NCBI GenBank assembly: GCA_039591655.1 | Contig: JBDHDE010000005.1 | Coordinates: forward strand, 11,021 to 75,020 | DNA: 64,000 nucleotides | Reading direction: 5' to 3' | Source of the DNA: Gemmatimonadota bacterium | GTDB taxonomy: Bacteria; Gemmatimonadota; Gemmatimonadetes; Gemmatimonadales; GWC2-71-9 | Shown: piece after piece, positions 30,156-40,205 of the stretch | Layout: every line of letters begins with the position of its first letter | Numbering within the stretch: position 1 is the first letter of the stretch | The notes under the pieces: model-generated | Databases searched by the model: none | What the model was told of the DNA's origin: nothing | The model's input: the letters and a program-made list of their open reading frames with translations, nothing else | Made by a program: the position numbers and the translations under genes

Positions 30156-33059
30156 TCAGTTCACTGACTCGAGGCGCGACCGGACCGCATCGACTCGCGG
30201 GGCGAGGGCCGCATCCGCCCCGATCCAGTGGCGCAGGAACTCGACGTAGGCTTCGGCGGCGCCGGTGATGTCCCCCTCCGCGTCCAAAGTCCGTCCCAGG
30301 GCCTCGAGACCCGGGGGTACGAACTCCTGGTCGTCGGGGCGAATCCCGTAGCGTAGGCGACGGAGCCCCTCCTCGCGCGTTGCTCCCCGCGCCGCCAGGG
30401 TGAGCGCCAGCCGGAAGCGAAGCGGCGCCGCCTCCTCGGTGACCCACGGCCAGTATCCCGCATCCTCCAAACCGGCGCGCAGGCGAGCCACCCCCAGCGT
30501 CGTGTCCCCCGCGATCAAGTCGGCCCAGCCCTGCACCGCGGTGAAGAGCCCGCGGTAGGGGAGGGTGTTGCCCGTGGTGTCGCCGGCCAGCCCGGCGGCG
30601 GCGCGGAGGCGGGCGGTGTCGCCATGGCCCTGGCCCAGTGCCCCGAGGGCACGCCAGTAGTCCGTCTCCGGATCACCGCGGGTGGTGAGCGACTGAGCGT
30701 CGGCAAGTTGCCGCAAGGCACGCCCGGCGCTCGACGCGGGAGCGTACCCGGCGAGCACGGGCAGCAGGCTGACCGTCCTCGCCAGAACCGGTGTGGTCTC
30801 AAACAGCGCCGTCAGCTGTGCGCCGGCGTCCTCCAGTCGGCCGGCGGCGTTGAGCGTCCGCACCTTGGTGGCAATGAGCTCGGCGCGCCGCGCGTCGTTC
30901 GGCGGCGTGGCGGCCAGGATGGTGTCGACGGCGGCCACCAGCGTTGCCGAGCTCCAGCCGGTTGGGAGCCGGGCGACGCCGATCATTAGACGCAGCAGGC
31001 GCATCGCCTCACGCACCGGGTCGAAGCCCGGTCCGAAGGCGACAGTCCCGATCAGCGCCACCGCCGAATCCGGTGGACTCCAGAGAAGGCGGCGCGCCAG
31101 CTCGAAGCGCTCGACCTGCCGTGCGCTCGTGCTCTGCGCAAGTGAGCCGAAGTAGCGCGCAAAGCGTGTGCTGTCCCCTTCGAGGAGACTCAGCTCCAGC
31201 GGGTCGAGCAAGGCCGGCGCCAGCGTCGAGTCCAGCTCGTACCCGCGATCGAAGGGCGCATAGAGCTCCTCTGGCGGCATCGCGATGACAGACCGCGCCC
31301 GGTACTGCACGTCGCCGTATTGGTGCCACCCTTCCGCGTCGTTGGGGTAGCGCGTCACGTAGGCGCGCAGGGTGTCCAGCGCCGCCAGGCGCCCCGCCTG
31401 GAACAGCTGGTTCGCCCGCACCAGGGTGCGCTCCCGCGGCGGGAGTCGCTCGGCGAACTCCGCCGCTGCCTGACCCAGGCGCACGGCCTGGGGCGATCCG
31501 TGCCCCCGCAGCCAGCTGATCGCCTGGCCCATGCGGTACAGGGCAAGGGCGAACGTGGGGTCCTCACCTATCGCCGTGCCGAACGCAGCCGCCGCCGAGT
31601 CCCAATGTGAGCGCCTGTAGTACTGCTCTCCCTGCAGGTACGCCCGGGTTGCGTTGAGGGAGCCCGTCGTGATGGCACTGACGCGGAGATCTGGCAGGGG
31701 TTGGCGGGAGCGCCAGATCTCCCGCAGCAGCCTCAGGCTCAAGCTGTCCACCAGGGCGAGTACGCTGTCCGCCGGTCCGTCGGCCGTGGCCTGCGCCAGA
31801 CGCTCCCCCCGAACGGTGCGCAGCTCCGCCGAGAGCCGTACCTCCGGCCCGGCCTCGACGATGCTGCCCAGGAGGACGGAGCCGGCACTCACCTCCCGCC
31901 CCACGGCGAGCGAGCCCTCCAGGTCCACGCCGTCCTCATCCGCACGCTGTCGCCAGCGGTGCAGCACCGTGCGGGTGTCCACCGTCCGGATGCCGCCGAC
32001 GGCGTCCAGGTTGGTGGAAAGGAGGTCCACCATCCCCTCTCCTAGGACCGCCACGTTCGGACCGGACGTCGTGAACGGAACGACGGCGATGACTTGGGCA
32101 TCGGAGGCGACCGCGCTCTCCAGGCTCCGCGGCCGCAGCCACCACGCGACGGCCAGCACCGCCAACAGGCCTGCTGCGCCCAGCACGACTCCCCGTCGCC
32201 GGCGGCCGGGACGCCAGTCCACCTGGCCCGATTGCAGCGCGGCCGCGAACTCGGCTCCGGTGGCGAACCGCTGTCCCGGCGACTTCGCCAGGGCCTTTGC
32301 CGTGACATCGGCCACGTGCTTGGGCGTGTCGGGCCGAGCCTGGCGCAGTTCGGGCGTGGCTCCGGCGAGGACCTTCGCGAAGATGGCCTCGAGGGTGGGT
32401 CCCTGGTACGGCGGGCGCCCGGCGAGCATCTCGTACAGCACGCACCCAAGGCTGTAGATGTCCGTCCGCGCGTCGATCTCACCGGTGTCCGCCGCCGCTT
32501 GTTCGGGGCTCATGTACGACGGTGTGCCGATGGGACTGCCCTCCTGCGTGATCTGGGTCGCGGCCGCAGCGCTCACCGCACGGGCGATCCCGAAATCGGT
32601 TACCACCGCGTGGCCACCCGAGAGCAGGATGTTGGCCGGCTTGATATCCCGGTGCACGACCCCCTGCCGGTGGGCGTAGTCGAGGGCGCTCGCAACCTCC
32701 GAGGCGATGGCCACCGCGTTGTCGACCTGCAGCGGACCCTCGCGCTCGAGGCGGATCGCCAGCGACTCTCCCTCGACGAACGGCATGACGTAGTAGAGGA
32801 TCCCGTCCGCGGTGCCGGAGTCGTGGAGCGGCAGGATATGAGGATGCTGCAGGCGGGCTACGATCTGGATCTCGCGCAGAAAGCGCTCCGTGCCCAGCGA
32901 GGCGGCGAGCTCCGGGCGGAAGACCTTGATGGCCACCGGCCGGTCGTGCTTGAGGTCCCGGGCCAGGTAGACGATGGCCATGCCGCCGCGACCGATCTCA
33001 CGGTCCACGGCATAGCGCTCGGCGAGCGCGTAGCGCACCTGCCCGATGATATTGCTCAC
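30156..33059 (-). CDS. Membrane Ser/Thr protein kinase with TolB-N-like and TPR C-terminal region
   Basis: IGRGGMA.VY, VAIK, HRDIKPANILL, DFG, GTPSYMSPEQ; TM helix; IAVVPF; TPR-like helices; GTG start inferred. Confidence 0.92.
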   Translation of the reverse strand: MSNIIGQVRYALAERYAVDREIGRGGMAIVYLARDLKHDRPVAIKVFRPELAASLGTERFLREIQIVARLQHPHILPLHDSGTADGILYYVMPFVEGESLAIRLEREGPLQVDNAVAIASEVASALDYAHRQGVVHRDIKPANILLSGGHAVVTDFGIARAVSAAAATQITQEGSPIGTPSYMSPEQAAADTGEIDARTDIYSLGCVLYEMLAGRPPYQGPTLEAIFAKVLAGATPELRQARPDTPKHVADVTAKALAKSPGQRFATGAEFAAALQSGQVDWRPGRRRRGVVLGAAGLLAVLAVAWWLRPRSLESAVASDAQVIAVVPFTTSGPNVAVLGEGMVDLLSTNLDAVGGIRTVDTRTVLHRWRQRADEDGVDLEGSLAVGREVSAGSVLLGSIVEAGPEVRLSAELRTVRGERLAQATADGPADSVLALVDSLSLRLLREIWRSRQPLPDLRVSAITTGSLNATRAYLQGEQYYRRSHWDSAAAAFGTAIGEDPTFALALYRMGQAISWLRGHGSPQAVRLGQAAAEFAERLPPRERTLVRANQLFQAGRLAALDTLRAYVTRYPNDAEGWHQYGDVQYRARSVIAMPPEELYAPFDRGYELDSTLAPALLDPLELSLLEGDSTRFARYFGSLAQSTSARQVERFELARRLLWSPPDSAVALIGTVAFGPGFDPVREAMRLLRLMIGVARLPTGWSSATLVAAVDTILAATPPNDARRAELIATKVRTLNAAGRLEDAGAQLTALFETTPVLARTVSLLPVLAGYAPASSAGRALRQLADAQSLTTRGDPETDYWRALGALGQGHGDTARLRAAAGLAGDTTGNTLPYRGLFTAVQGWADLIAGDTTLGVARLRAGLEDAGYWPWVTEEAAPLRFRLALTLAARGATREEGLRRLRYGIRPDDQEFVPPGLEALGRTLDAEGDITGAAEAYVEFLRHWIGADAALAPRVDAVRSRLESVN

Positions 33060-33203
33060 AGCATGGCGTCGTGTGGCTGCTTGTGGATGATAGGCCCGAG
33101 CCGTGCCCCCGGCCAGATGCCCCGGCTGGAGAGCGGTTGGCCGCGGGAACCTTCCTGTCGGCCCGATGTTTGAGAGGGGTAGCCACGCTAGCCTTGCACC
33201 GCC

Positions 33204-33908
33204 GTGACCGCATTTCGCTCCCGCCTCGCTCTCGTCCTGGGGTTCGCCGCGCTGCCGGCGCCTGGGGAGCCACTCGTGCATCCTGGCGCGGCCGGCGGAG
33301 CCGTCCACTTCGTCGAGACCTTCGAGGGCGACTGGCGTGACCGGTGGCGGGAGCGGCGCCTCGCTAACCGTACGACGCGCTATAAGGTCGTCGAGGACGG
33401 CGGCGGGACGGTGCTGCAGGCCGATAGTCGCGCGGGGGCCTCCGGGGTGTGGCGCCCCGTGACGGCGGAGGAGCCCGTGGCCGGACGCCTGGCGTGGCGC
33501 TGGAAGGTGGAGCACACGATCGCGGACAACGACCGCGAGCGGGAGCGCCGGGGCGACGACTACGCCGCGCGTGTGTTCGTGGTGTTCGACGGGGATTTCG
33601 CCAGTCGAAGGGCCAAGGCCGTGTGCTACGTGTGGGCAGCACGGGAGTCCGTGGGCAGTGTTTTCCCGAGCCCCTACACGGCGAACGTCGCCATGGTCGT
33701 GTTGGCGAGTGGGGACGACGAGGCCGGCGCATGGCGCCGCGAGGAGCGGGACGTCCTCGCCGACTACCGTGCCTTCTTCGGCGAGGACGCCGATGACGTC
33801 TCGGCGGTGGCGATCATGGTGGACACGGACAACACCGGGTCACGGGCGCGGTCGTACTTCGACGACGTGGAGCTGGAAATCCGGACCGCCGTCGCGGACG
33901 CCCGGTAG
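33204..33908 (+). CDS. DUF3047-family exported protein
   Basis: Signal peptide; L.WRWKV, DDYAARVFVVF, YVW, AIMVDTDNTG...YFDD. Confidence 0.85.
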   Translation: MTAFRSRLALVLGFAALPAPGEPLVHPGAAGGAVHFVETFEGDWRDRWRERRLANRTTRYKVVEDGGGTVLQADSRAGASGVWRPVTAEEPVAGRLAWRWKVEHTIADNDRERERRGDDYAARVFVVFDGDFASRRAKAVCYVWAARESVGSVFPSPYTANVAMVVLASGDDEAGAWRREERDVLADYRAFFGEDADDVSAVAIMVDTDNTGSRARSYFDDVELEIRTAVADAR

Positions 33909-33940
33909 CCCGGCACCGGACCCACCGGTATCTTCGCTTC

Positions 33941-34222
33941 ATGGTTTCAGCCATCGTTCTTCTGAGCGTCGAGCGCGAAGGGATCAACGAGGTCGCGGAG
34001 CGTCTGGCGGGGCTGGACGGGGTGTCCGAGGTCTACTCGGTCGCCGGACGGTACGACCTAGTCGCGATCCTCCGGGTGAGCACGAACGAGCAGCTCGCTG
34101 ACCTCGTGACCGGGAAAATGCTCAAGCTCGACGGGATCAGGGACACCGAGACGCTAATCGCGTTTCGGGCCTACTCCCGCCACGATCTCGAAGCCGCCTT
34201 CACACTGGGCCCCCCGAAGTAA
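33941..34222 (+). CDS. Lrp/AsnC ligand-binding-domain protein
   Basis: GVSEVYSVAGRYDLVA...GIRDTETLIAF; no HTH. Confidence 0.9.
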   Translation: MVSAIVLLSVEREGINEVAERLAGLDGVSEVYSVAGRYDLVAILRVSTNEQLADLVTGKMLKLDGIRDTETLIAFRAYSRHDLEAAFTLGPPK

Positions 34223-34238
34223 CCCTGGGAGCGGGGCC

Positions 34239-34466
34239 TCAGGGCTGCCGCGCGATCGAATCCTCCCGGGCGCGCCGGGCGGCCGCCGAGTCTGCGGCCC
34301 GCACGGCGCCGCGAACACCGCCGGCGCCGGGGAGCCTGGACTCACCGATGGCGCTGTCGATCTGCCGTGTCGTCATCGTGTCCAGCGCCTCGGCCTGTCG
34401 CTCCTCCTCACTCTTCTCGGCACAGGACGCGAGGAACAAGAGACCAACGAGGAGAAGGCATCGCAT
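34239..34466 (-). CDS. Small lipoprotein
   Basis: AGGAGG RBS, lipobox LASC. Confidence 0.65.
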   Translation of the reverse strand: MRCLLLVGLLFLASCAEKSEEERQAEALDTMTTRQIDSAIGESRLPGAGGVRGAVRAADSAAARRAREDSIARQP

Positions 34467-34495
34467 CGTCACCTCCTGGCGCTTGGCGCCTTCAG

Positions 34496-36946
34496 TTACC
34501 AGGTGCGTAGCCTGACGGCCTCGCTCCGCACCCGCTCCCAGATATGGCTCCGCACCTGCTCGACTCCTCGGGCGAATGCCGGGTCATGGCGCACGCCGTC
34601 GAAGAGCCGCGATTGCAGCACCCGAATCTCGATCCCGCTGGGCGACAGCTCGTAGGCCGTGGTCAGCCAACGCAGCGCTGCTTCGGCGTCCCCCGTCCAC
34701 GCGTAGTACGACGCGAGGTCCTCGGCGCGGGTAACGTCGGTGAACGTCGGGTCTCCCGCCGTGCCCTGGGCCACTGCCGCTTCCACCGAGTCGATGATTG
34801 CAGCGGCCTCGTCCACCCGGCCCAGCGTGTGCAGGCACGTGGCGCGAATGGCCGCGTGGGGGCCCAGCCGCATGGACGCGCAGCGTTCCGCGTCGCCGTT
34901 GAGCAGATGGGCGCGGGCCTCGATGGCACGGGGAAGGACTAGCTCGGGCTCGAGAGCCCCCGCGATTTGCGCCTCTCGAATGGCGACCGCGTAGCGTCCG
35001 TTGCCGAGTGCCTCGTACGCGAGGGCGAGGCGACGTCCGGGCGACTGCGGGTCCAACGCCACGGCCCGCTCCGACTCGGCGAACGCGGAGTCGATCCGCC
35101 CCGCCGCGGCCAGCGGCCGGCTGCACCAACTCGGGCCGTCGGGGTCGCTGGGCTCGAGCTCGAGGATGCGCTCGCAATCCGCGGAGACGTCTGCTAGGGG
35201 CGCGCCGGAGCGGCTCGCGATGTAGGCCCGCGACGCATAACCGTCGGCGAGCTCGGGATCGAGCTCGGTTGCCCGATCGGCCAGGGCGAGTGCCATGCCC
35301 GCGGCCAGGTACCCTTGCAGGTTGACGCGGTACCTGTATGCCAGTGAGAGCGCGTATGCCTGGGAGAGGCCGGCGTACGCCGGGGCGAAGCCGGAGTCGT
35401 TGGCGATCGCCTGGCTGTAGGCCGCGATCGCCCGGGCAACGGCCGGCGCCGTGCGGCGCGGCAGCCAATGGTGCCCGATGAGGTAGGCATCGCGCCCGGC
35501 GCTCGGTTGTGCCGGCGCCGCCTCCGGCCGCGGCGCGATCCCACCAATGTTCTCGGCCACCGCCGCGCCGATCCAGCGGGCGATCTCCTGGTCGGCCACG
35601 GTGATGTCGGCGACCTCACGCGTCTCGTTCCACAGGTGCGCGTCCGACTGGGCGTCCACGAGCCAGGCGTTCACGACCGTGTGATCGGCCCGCCGGCGCA
35701 GCTGGGCCTCGACGATCAGCCGGACCTTGAGGGTGTCGGCGAGTTGGGGCGTGGTGAGCCTCGCGTCGGCGAGGGCCTCGACCGAGTGGAGGGAGATCAC
35801 CTTGAGCCGGTCGATGCGTGTGAGGTAAGCGATGATGTCGTGGGTGATCGCGTGGGACACCTGCTGGAGCGCGGTGTCACCGGTCAGATTCTCGACCACC
35901 GTCACCGCCAGCGAGTCGACGTAGCCTGTGCCGGCGCTCGCCGCAGTGCCACCGCTGCGCCAGGGCTGCCACCAGAACACCAGAATCACGCCCAGCACGG
36001 CGGCGACCGCGCCGGTGAACCAGCGTCTGGTGTGGGCGAAGCGGATCCGCCGGTGTGGCCTGGCCGGCAGCAGGTCGCCGGTCTGGGGCGTCGTCCAGAG
36101 TGTCGCGCCGCCGTACGCCTGCGCCAGCGCCTCAGCGAAGGCCCGGGCGCTCTGGTACCGGTCCGTGCGGCTCTTCTGCAAGGCTCGTCCGATGACCTGC
36201 TCTACCTCCACCGGCGTTGAGCGGCGCAGCGCGCGGAGCGATGGCACGGGATCCACCAGGTGGCGGGCCAGAGTGCCTTGGGTCGATTGGGCCTGAAACG
36301 GGGGCTCGCCGCCGATCATCTCGTACAGCACGCAGGCCAGCGCGTAGATATCGGTGCGGCCGTCCAGATCCCCGTCCCCGGAGGCCTGCTCCGGGCTCAT
36401 GTAGGCCGGCGTGCCCAGCGTCGTTCCCGCCTCGGTGATCGGCTCCACCCCCGCCGCGGTGATGGCGCGCGCGATGCCGAAGTCGGCCACCAGCGCGTGC
36501 TCGTCGTGCAGCAGGATGTTCTCTGGCTTGATGTCCCGGTGCACCACGTTGTGCTGATGGGCATAGTCCAGTGCGCGGGCGACCTGATGGGCGATCCCTA
36601 CGGCCTCCTCCAGGGGAAGCTGCTTCCCGCGCCGCAGCCGCCGCCGCAGTGATTCGCCCGCCACGTACGGCATCACGTAGTACAGCAGGCCTCCGGCTTC
36701 CCCCGCGGCGAAGATGGGGACCACGTGCGGGTGGGTGAGGCTGGATGCGACGTCGACTTCCCGAAGGAACCGCTCTCGCCCGATACGCGCCGTGAGCCCG
36801 GGGTCGAGCACCTTGATCGCCACTTGTCGGGAGGGATGGCTCTCCCGCGCCAGATAGACTGTGGCGGCGCCCCCACGGCCGATGAGGCCTTCGATGGTAT
36901 AGCGCTCGGGCAGCGCCTCTTGCAGGCGATCGCGCAGGTCGTTCAC
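34496..36946 (-). CDS. Membrane Ser/Thr protein kinase with TolB-N-like and TPR region
   Basis: IGRGGAATVY, VAIK, HRDIKPENILL, ADFG, GTPAYMSPEQ; TM helix; TPRs; GTG start inferred. Confidence 0.92.
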   Translation of the reverse strand: MNDLRDRLQEALPERYTIEGLIGRGGAATVYLARESHPSRQVAIKVLDPGLTARIGRERFLREVDVASSLTHPHVVPIFAAGEAGGLLYYVMPYVAGESLRRRLRRGKQLPLEEAVGIAHQVARALDYAHQHNVVHRDIKPENILLHDEHALVADFGIARAITAAGVEPITEAGTTLGTPAYMSPEQASGDGDLDGRTDIYALACVLYEMIGGEPPFQAQSTQGTLARHLVDPVPSLRALRRSTPVEVEQVIGRALQKSRTDRYQSARAFAEALAQAYGGATLWTTPQTGDLLPARPHRRIRFAHTRRWFTGAVAAVLGVILVFWWQPWRSGGTAASAGTGYVDSLAVTVVENLTGDTALQQVSHAITHDIIAYLTRIDRLKVISLHSVEALADARLTTPQLADTLKVRLIVEAQLRRRADHTVVNAWLVDAQSDAHLWNETREVADITVADQEIARWIGAAVAENIGGIAPRPEAAPAQPSAGRDAYLIGHHWLPRRTAPAVARAIAAYSQAIANDSGFAPAYAGLSQAYALSLAYRYRVNLQGYLAAGMALALADRATELDPELADGYASRAYIASRSGAPLADVSADCERILELEPSDPDGPSWCSRPLAAAGRIDSAFAESERAVALDPQSPGRRLALAYEALGNGRYAVAIREAQIAGALEPELVLPRAIEARAHLLNGDAERCASMRLGPHAAIRATCLHTLGRVDEAAAIIDSVEAAVAQGTAGDPTFTDVTRAEDLASYYAWTGDAEAALRWLTTAYELSPSGIEIRVLQSRLFDGVRHDPAFARGVEQVRSHIWERVRSEAVRLRTW

Positions 36947-37017
36947 GGTCGTAACGATAGGTTCCGGTGCGGCAGGGGTCCAGATGCCCGATAGGCGGGC
37001 AGGCGGAGGCGACGCGG

Positions 37018-39429
37018 CTATGCCGGTGGCACCCGGGCCGGTGGAGCGGCACGGTACAGCGCGACCGCTGCGCCGTATGCGACCGCCGCCACCAGCCAAA
37101 GCGTCCGCGCCCCGGCCTGGAGAGCGATGAGGGCTGCGAGCGGCGCGGCGACCACCGACGCGAAGCCGTTCGCCGCCCAGGCCCACGCCAGTCGCACGGT
37201 ATCGTCTCCGGCGAGACGTCTCAGCCCCAGCGCGAAAGGCATGCCCATGACGAACGCCAGCGGTGCGAGAACCACGGCGGCCACGGCGCACCGGGCCGCT
37301 AGCGGTGCGCCCTGGAAGCGGTGCACGAGGGGGAGCACGGTGACCGCGCACATCGAGAGGAGCAGGGCGAGCGCCGCGGCGGCGCGCCAGCCCAGGCCCG
37401 CCGGGACGCGATCCGACCACATACTGCCCAGGCCGGAGCCGATGAGGAGGGCGGTCAGGACTGCCACTACCGCGTAGACGGGGTGGCCGAGGAGTAGGCT
37501 CAGCTGTTGGATGGCGACGATCTCGGCCGCGAGGTACGCCACACCGAGAGCACCGAAGTAGGCGATGACGGGCAGCAGCTGCAGGCCGACCCTCGACCGG
37601 GTGCGCACGACGGTCGGCAGCAATAGACAGAGGCCGGCGAGGACGACGCTCTGGACCATGGTGGCGACGAGGGCGACGTACCCCCACTCGGCGAACGGGA
37701 GCCAGTCACCCTGATCGCTCGTCATGAACGACCGCAAAGAGCCGCCTCGCAGGAAGTGGTGCGGGTACGGTCGGTCATCGGTGGCTGGTGCCACCCAGAA
37801 CGGATAGGCGGCGGCGAATCGAGTCGCGGCTTGCCGCCCGGCGACCGCCGCTTGCGCCGCGCGGAACAGGGTGGGCTCGTCGAGCCGATGAAACGCGCTC
37901 TCGGGAGCGTCCAGGCCCGGCGCCCAGTCGAGATCGAACCGGCGGTCGACGGCCCACTGACGCAGCGCGGCCACGTCCCCCGGTGTGAATCCGGCGGGCT
38001 TGATGAGCGTCGTGGCGGTGCCCCACGAGCGCACCACCAACAGGCCCTGCGTGACGCCTCCGGGGGACACCCGTCGCAGCGCCTCGGCCGCGGTGAGGAT
38101 CACCCGCACATTGGCGCGGGGGGGGACCGAGAGCCAGCGGGTCACGGCCAACACGCCCCCGTCGGTGAGGATCTGCAGGTAGCGGACGTAAGCCTCCACG
38201 GTGTGTGCGAAGTCCTCGCCGAGAGCGTGCACGCCAGCCACGGCGGAGCCCGGCCCCCCGGCGGGGCCGATGCTCACCACATCGAACGACTCAGGGACCC
38301 GTGCCACGAGGGAGCGTGCGTCGGCCACCGCCCAGGACACACGCCTGCCGGCGGTCGAGGAGAACGGCGCATACGCCTGCGTCAGCTCCACCACATGGGG
38401 AACGAGCTCGACCGCAGTCACCCGGCCGGCGCCGTGGGCCAGGGCGTTCCATGCCTCCGTTCCGCCTCCGTCGTTCAGGACCAGCACGCGCCTCGGCGGT
38501 CCGAGGGCGTAGGGAAGGGCCGAGGGCAGCCAGTCCGTGAGAGCGAGCGCGGCGCTGTCGCTCTCGAATCGGGAGGCCGCGCCCACGATGTCGCCGTCCA
38601 CCATCAGGGCGAGTTGCGGGGGGAATTCCCCGCGGTAGGAGAGCGAGAGTCCCGGGGCGTGGCGGAACGCTGGGGCCTCCACGGCCACCGTCCATCCCAG
38701 CGGCGCCGAGCGTTCGGCGAGCCGCACTGCATCGGGAAACGCCTCCACCTGCGGCAGTGCCTTGTACGGGGTGATATCCAATCGCCACGGGGGCCACACG
38801 GCCGCTGCGAGCCCCACGAGCATCGCCACCGCTGCGAGAGCCGTAACTCCGGGGGTGCGGGGCGGGGCACGACCGGCGGCCACGGCTCCCGCTCCGGCGA
38901 GCACTGCCGGAATCGCGAGAGCCTCGAGCGGGGGCATCTGCCAGAGGACGCCCGTGGCGAGCAGCGCTCCCGCCCCGGAGCCGAGGAAACTCGCGCCGTA
39001 GATGCGGCCCGGCCGCCGCCCGGCGAGCCCGAGCCCCAGCAGTACGGGGAGAGCGCCGACGCCGAACGGCAGGGCCAGCAGAAGATAGACGAGCCCCAGG
39101 CGGGGCCACTGCGCGAAGTTCCAGGCGAGCTGCGTAGGATCGACCCCGATGCGGTCGGCCACCGCTGGCGCCGCGATCAACGCGAAGGCGGTCAAGGCAG
39201 CGGAGCGCCCGAACCACCGGTCGGCGCGCGCGGTCTCGAGCCGCCCCACCAGCGTGAGCAGAGTGCCGGCTGCCCCGAAGCCGAGCATGGCCACCCCGAT
39301 GGCCATGTAGGCGAAGTGGTAGAACTGCTCGATGGCGAAGACCCGAACCAGGAGGATCTCGTACATCAGCGTGCCGGCCGCCACGAGGCCGACCGCCAAC
39401 GCTCGGGACGTGCCGCTTGAGTGGCTCAG
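37018..39429 (-). CDS. Multi-TM spermidine-synthase-like SAM-dependent protein
   Basis: N-terminal TM block (YEILLVR.F....YHFAYM.I..AMLGFGAAG), central Rossmann fold (AVEL.P, DAR, FDVV), ATDDRPY, C-terminal TM block (WAWAANG.ASV); start uncertain. Confidence 0.85.
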   Translation of the reverse strand: MSHSSGTSRALAVGLVAAGTLMYEILLVRVFAIEQFYHFAYMAIGVAMLGFGAAGTLLTLVGRLETARADRWFGRSAALTAFALIAAPAVADRIGVDPTQLAWNFAQWPRLGLVYLLLALPFGVGALPVLLGLGLAGRRPGRIYGASFLGSGAGALLATGVLWQMPPLEALAIPAVLAGAGAVAAGRAPPRTPGVTALAAVAMLVGLAAAVWPPWRLDITPYKALPQVEAFPDAVRLAERSAPLGWTVAVEAPAFRHAPGLSLSYRGEFPPQLALMVDGDIVGAASRFESDSAALALTDWLPSALPYALGPPRRVLVLNDGGGTEAWNALAHGAGRVTAVELVPHVVELTQAYAPFSSTAGRRVSWAVADARSLVARVPESFDVVSIGPAGGPGSAVAGVHALGEDFAHTVEAYVRYLQILTDGGVLAVTRWLSVPPRANVRVILTAAEALRRVSPGGVTQGLLVVRSWGTATTLIKPAGFTPGDVAALRQWAVDRRFDLDWAPGLDAPESAFHRLDEPTLFRAAQAAVAGRQAATRFAAAYPFWVAPATDDRPYPHHFLRGGSLRSFMTSDQGDWLPFAEWGYVALVATMVQSVVLAGLCLLLPTVVRTRSRVGLQLLPVIAYFGALGVAYLAAEIVAIQQLSLLLGHPVYAVVAVLTALLIGSGLGSMWSDRVPAGLGWRAAAALALLLSMCAVTVLPLVHRFQGAPLAARCAVAAVVLAPLAFVMGMPFALGLRRLAGDDTVRLAWAWAANGFASVVAAPLAALIALQAGARTLWLVAAVAYGAAVALYRAAPPARVPPA

Positions 39430-40205
39430 CGCAGGCCCTGCAACATGGGGACGAACCGTACGGGGAGGAGATTCCGGGTCGTGACCTCGCCGGCCGCGTC
39501 CTTCTCCACGAGGATCAGGTTTTGCACCCCGTAGACGCTTCCCACCGGGATCACCATTCGCCCGCCGGGCTTGAGTTGCTCCACCAGCGCCGGCGGGATG
39601 TAGCCGGCGGCTGCAGTGACGATCACGGCGTCGAAGGGCGCTGCCTCCGGCCAACCGAAATGCCCGTCGGCGTGGCGCACAGTGGCGTTGGCGTAGCCGA
39701 GCCGCGCGAGGCGCTCCCGGGCGCTGGTGGCCAGCGCGCCGTAGATCTCCATGGTGTGGACCGCGACATCCAGCGCAGCCAGGACGGCCGCCTGGTATCC
39801 CGAGCCGGTGCCCACTTCGAGCACACGCATGCCGGCGCGGACCCGAAGCGCCTCGGTCATGTAGGCGACGATGTAGGGCTGAGAGATCGTCTGGCCGTGT
39901 CCGATGGGCAGTGGATGGTCGCCGTAGGCGCGATGGCGGTGCTGCTGGGGGACGAACTCGTGACGCGGGACGGCGCGCATCGCCCGGAGCGTCGCCGTGT
40001 CGCGCACGCCGTACGAGGCGATGAGCGATACCATGTTCTCGCGCTGCTCGCGGTACCGCTCGGTGGGCTCCTGGGCGGAGACCGGGACGGCACCCGCAAG
40101 AGCCAGCAGCACGAAAAGCTGGCGGAGCAGCGCCTTGAGGGAGATGGTGCCGCTACGACCCGGCCAGCGATCTGAGCACCCGCTTGTCCAGTCGGTGTCC
40201 TCCAT
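39426..40205 (-). CDS. pcm: Protein-L-isoaspartate O-methyltransferase
   Basis: VPRHEFVP, AYGDHPLPIGHGQTISQPYIVA, VLEVGTGSGYQAA, APFDAVIVTAA, QLKPGGRMVIPVG; start uncertain. Confidence 0.93.
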   Translation of the reverse strand: MEDTDWTSGCSDRWPGRSGTISLKALLRQLFVLLALAGAVPVSAQEPTERYREQRENMVSLIASYGVRDTATLRAMRAVPRHEFVPQQHRHRAYGDHPLPIGHGQTISQPYIVAYMTEALRVRAGMRVLEVGTGSGYQAAVLAALDVAVHTMEIYGALATSARERLARLGYANATVRHADGHFGWPEAAPFDAVIVTAAAGYIPPALVEQLKPGGRMVIPVGSVYGVQNLILVEKDAAGEVTTRNLLPVRFVPMLQGLR

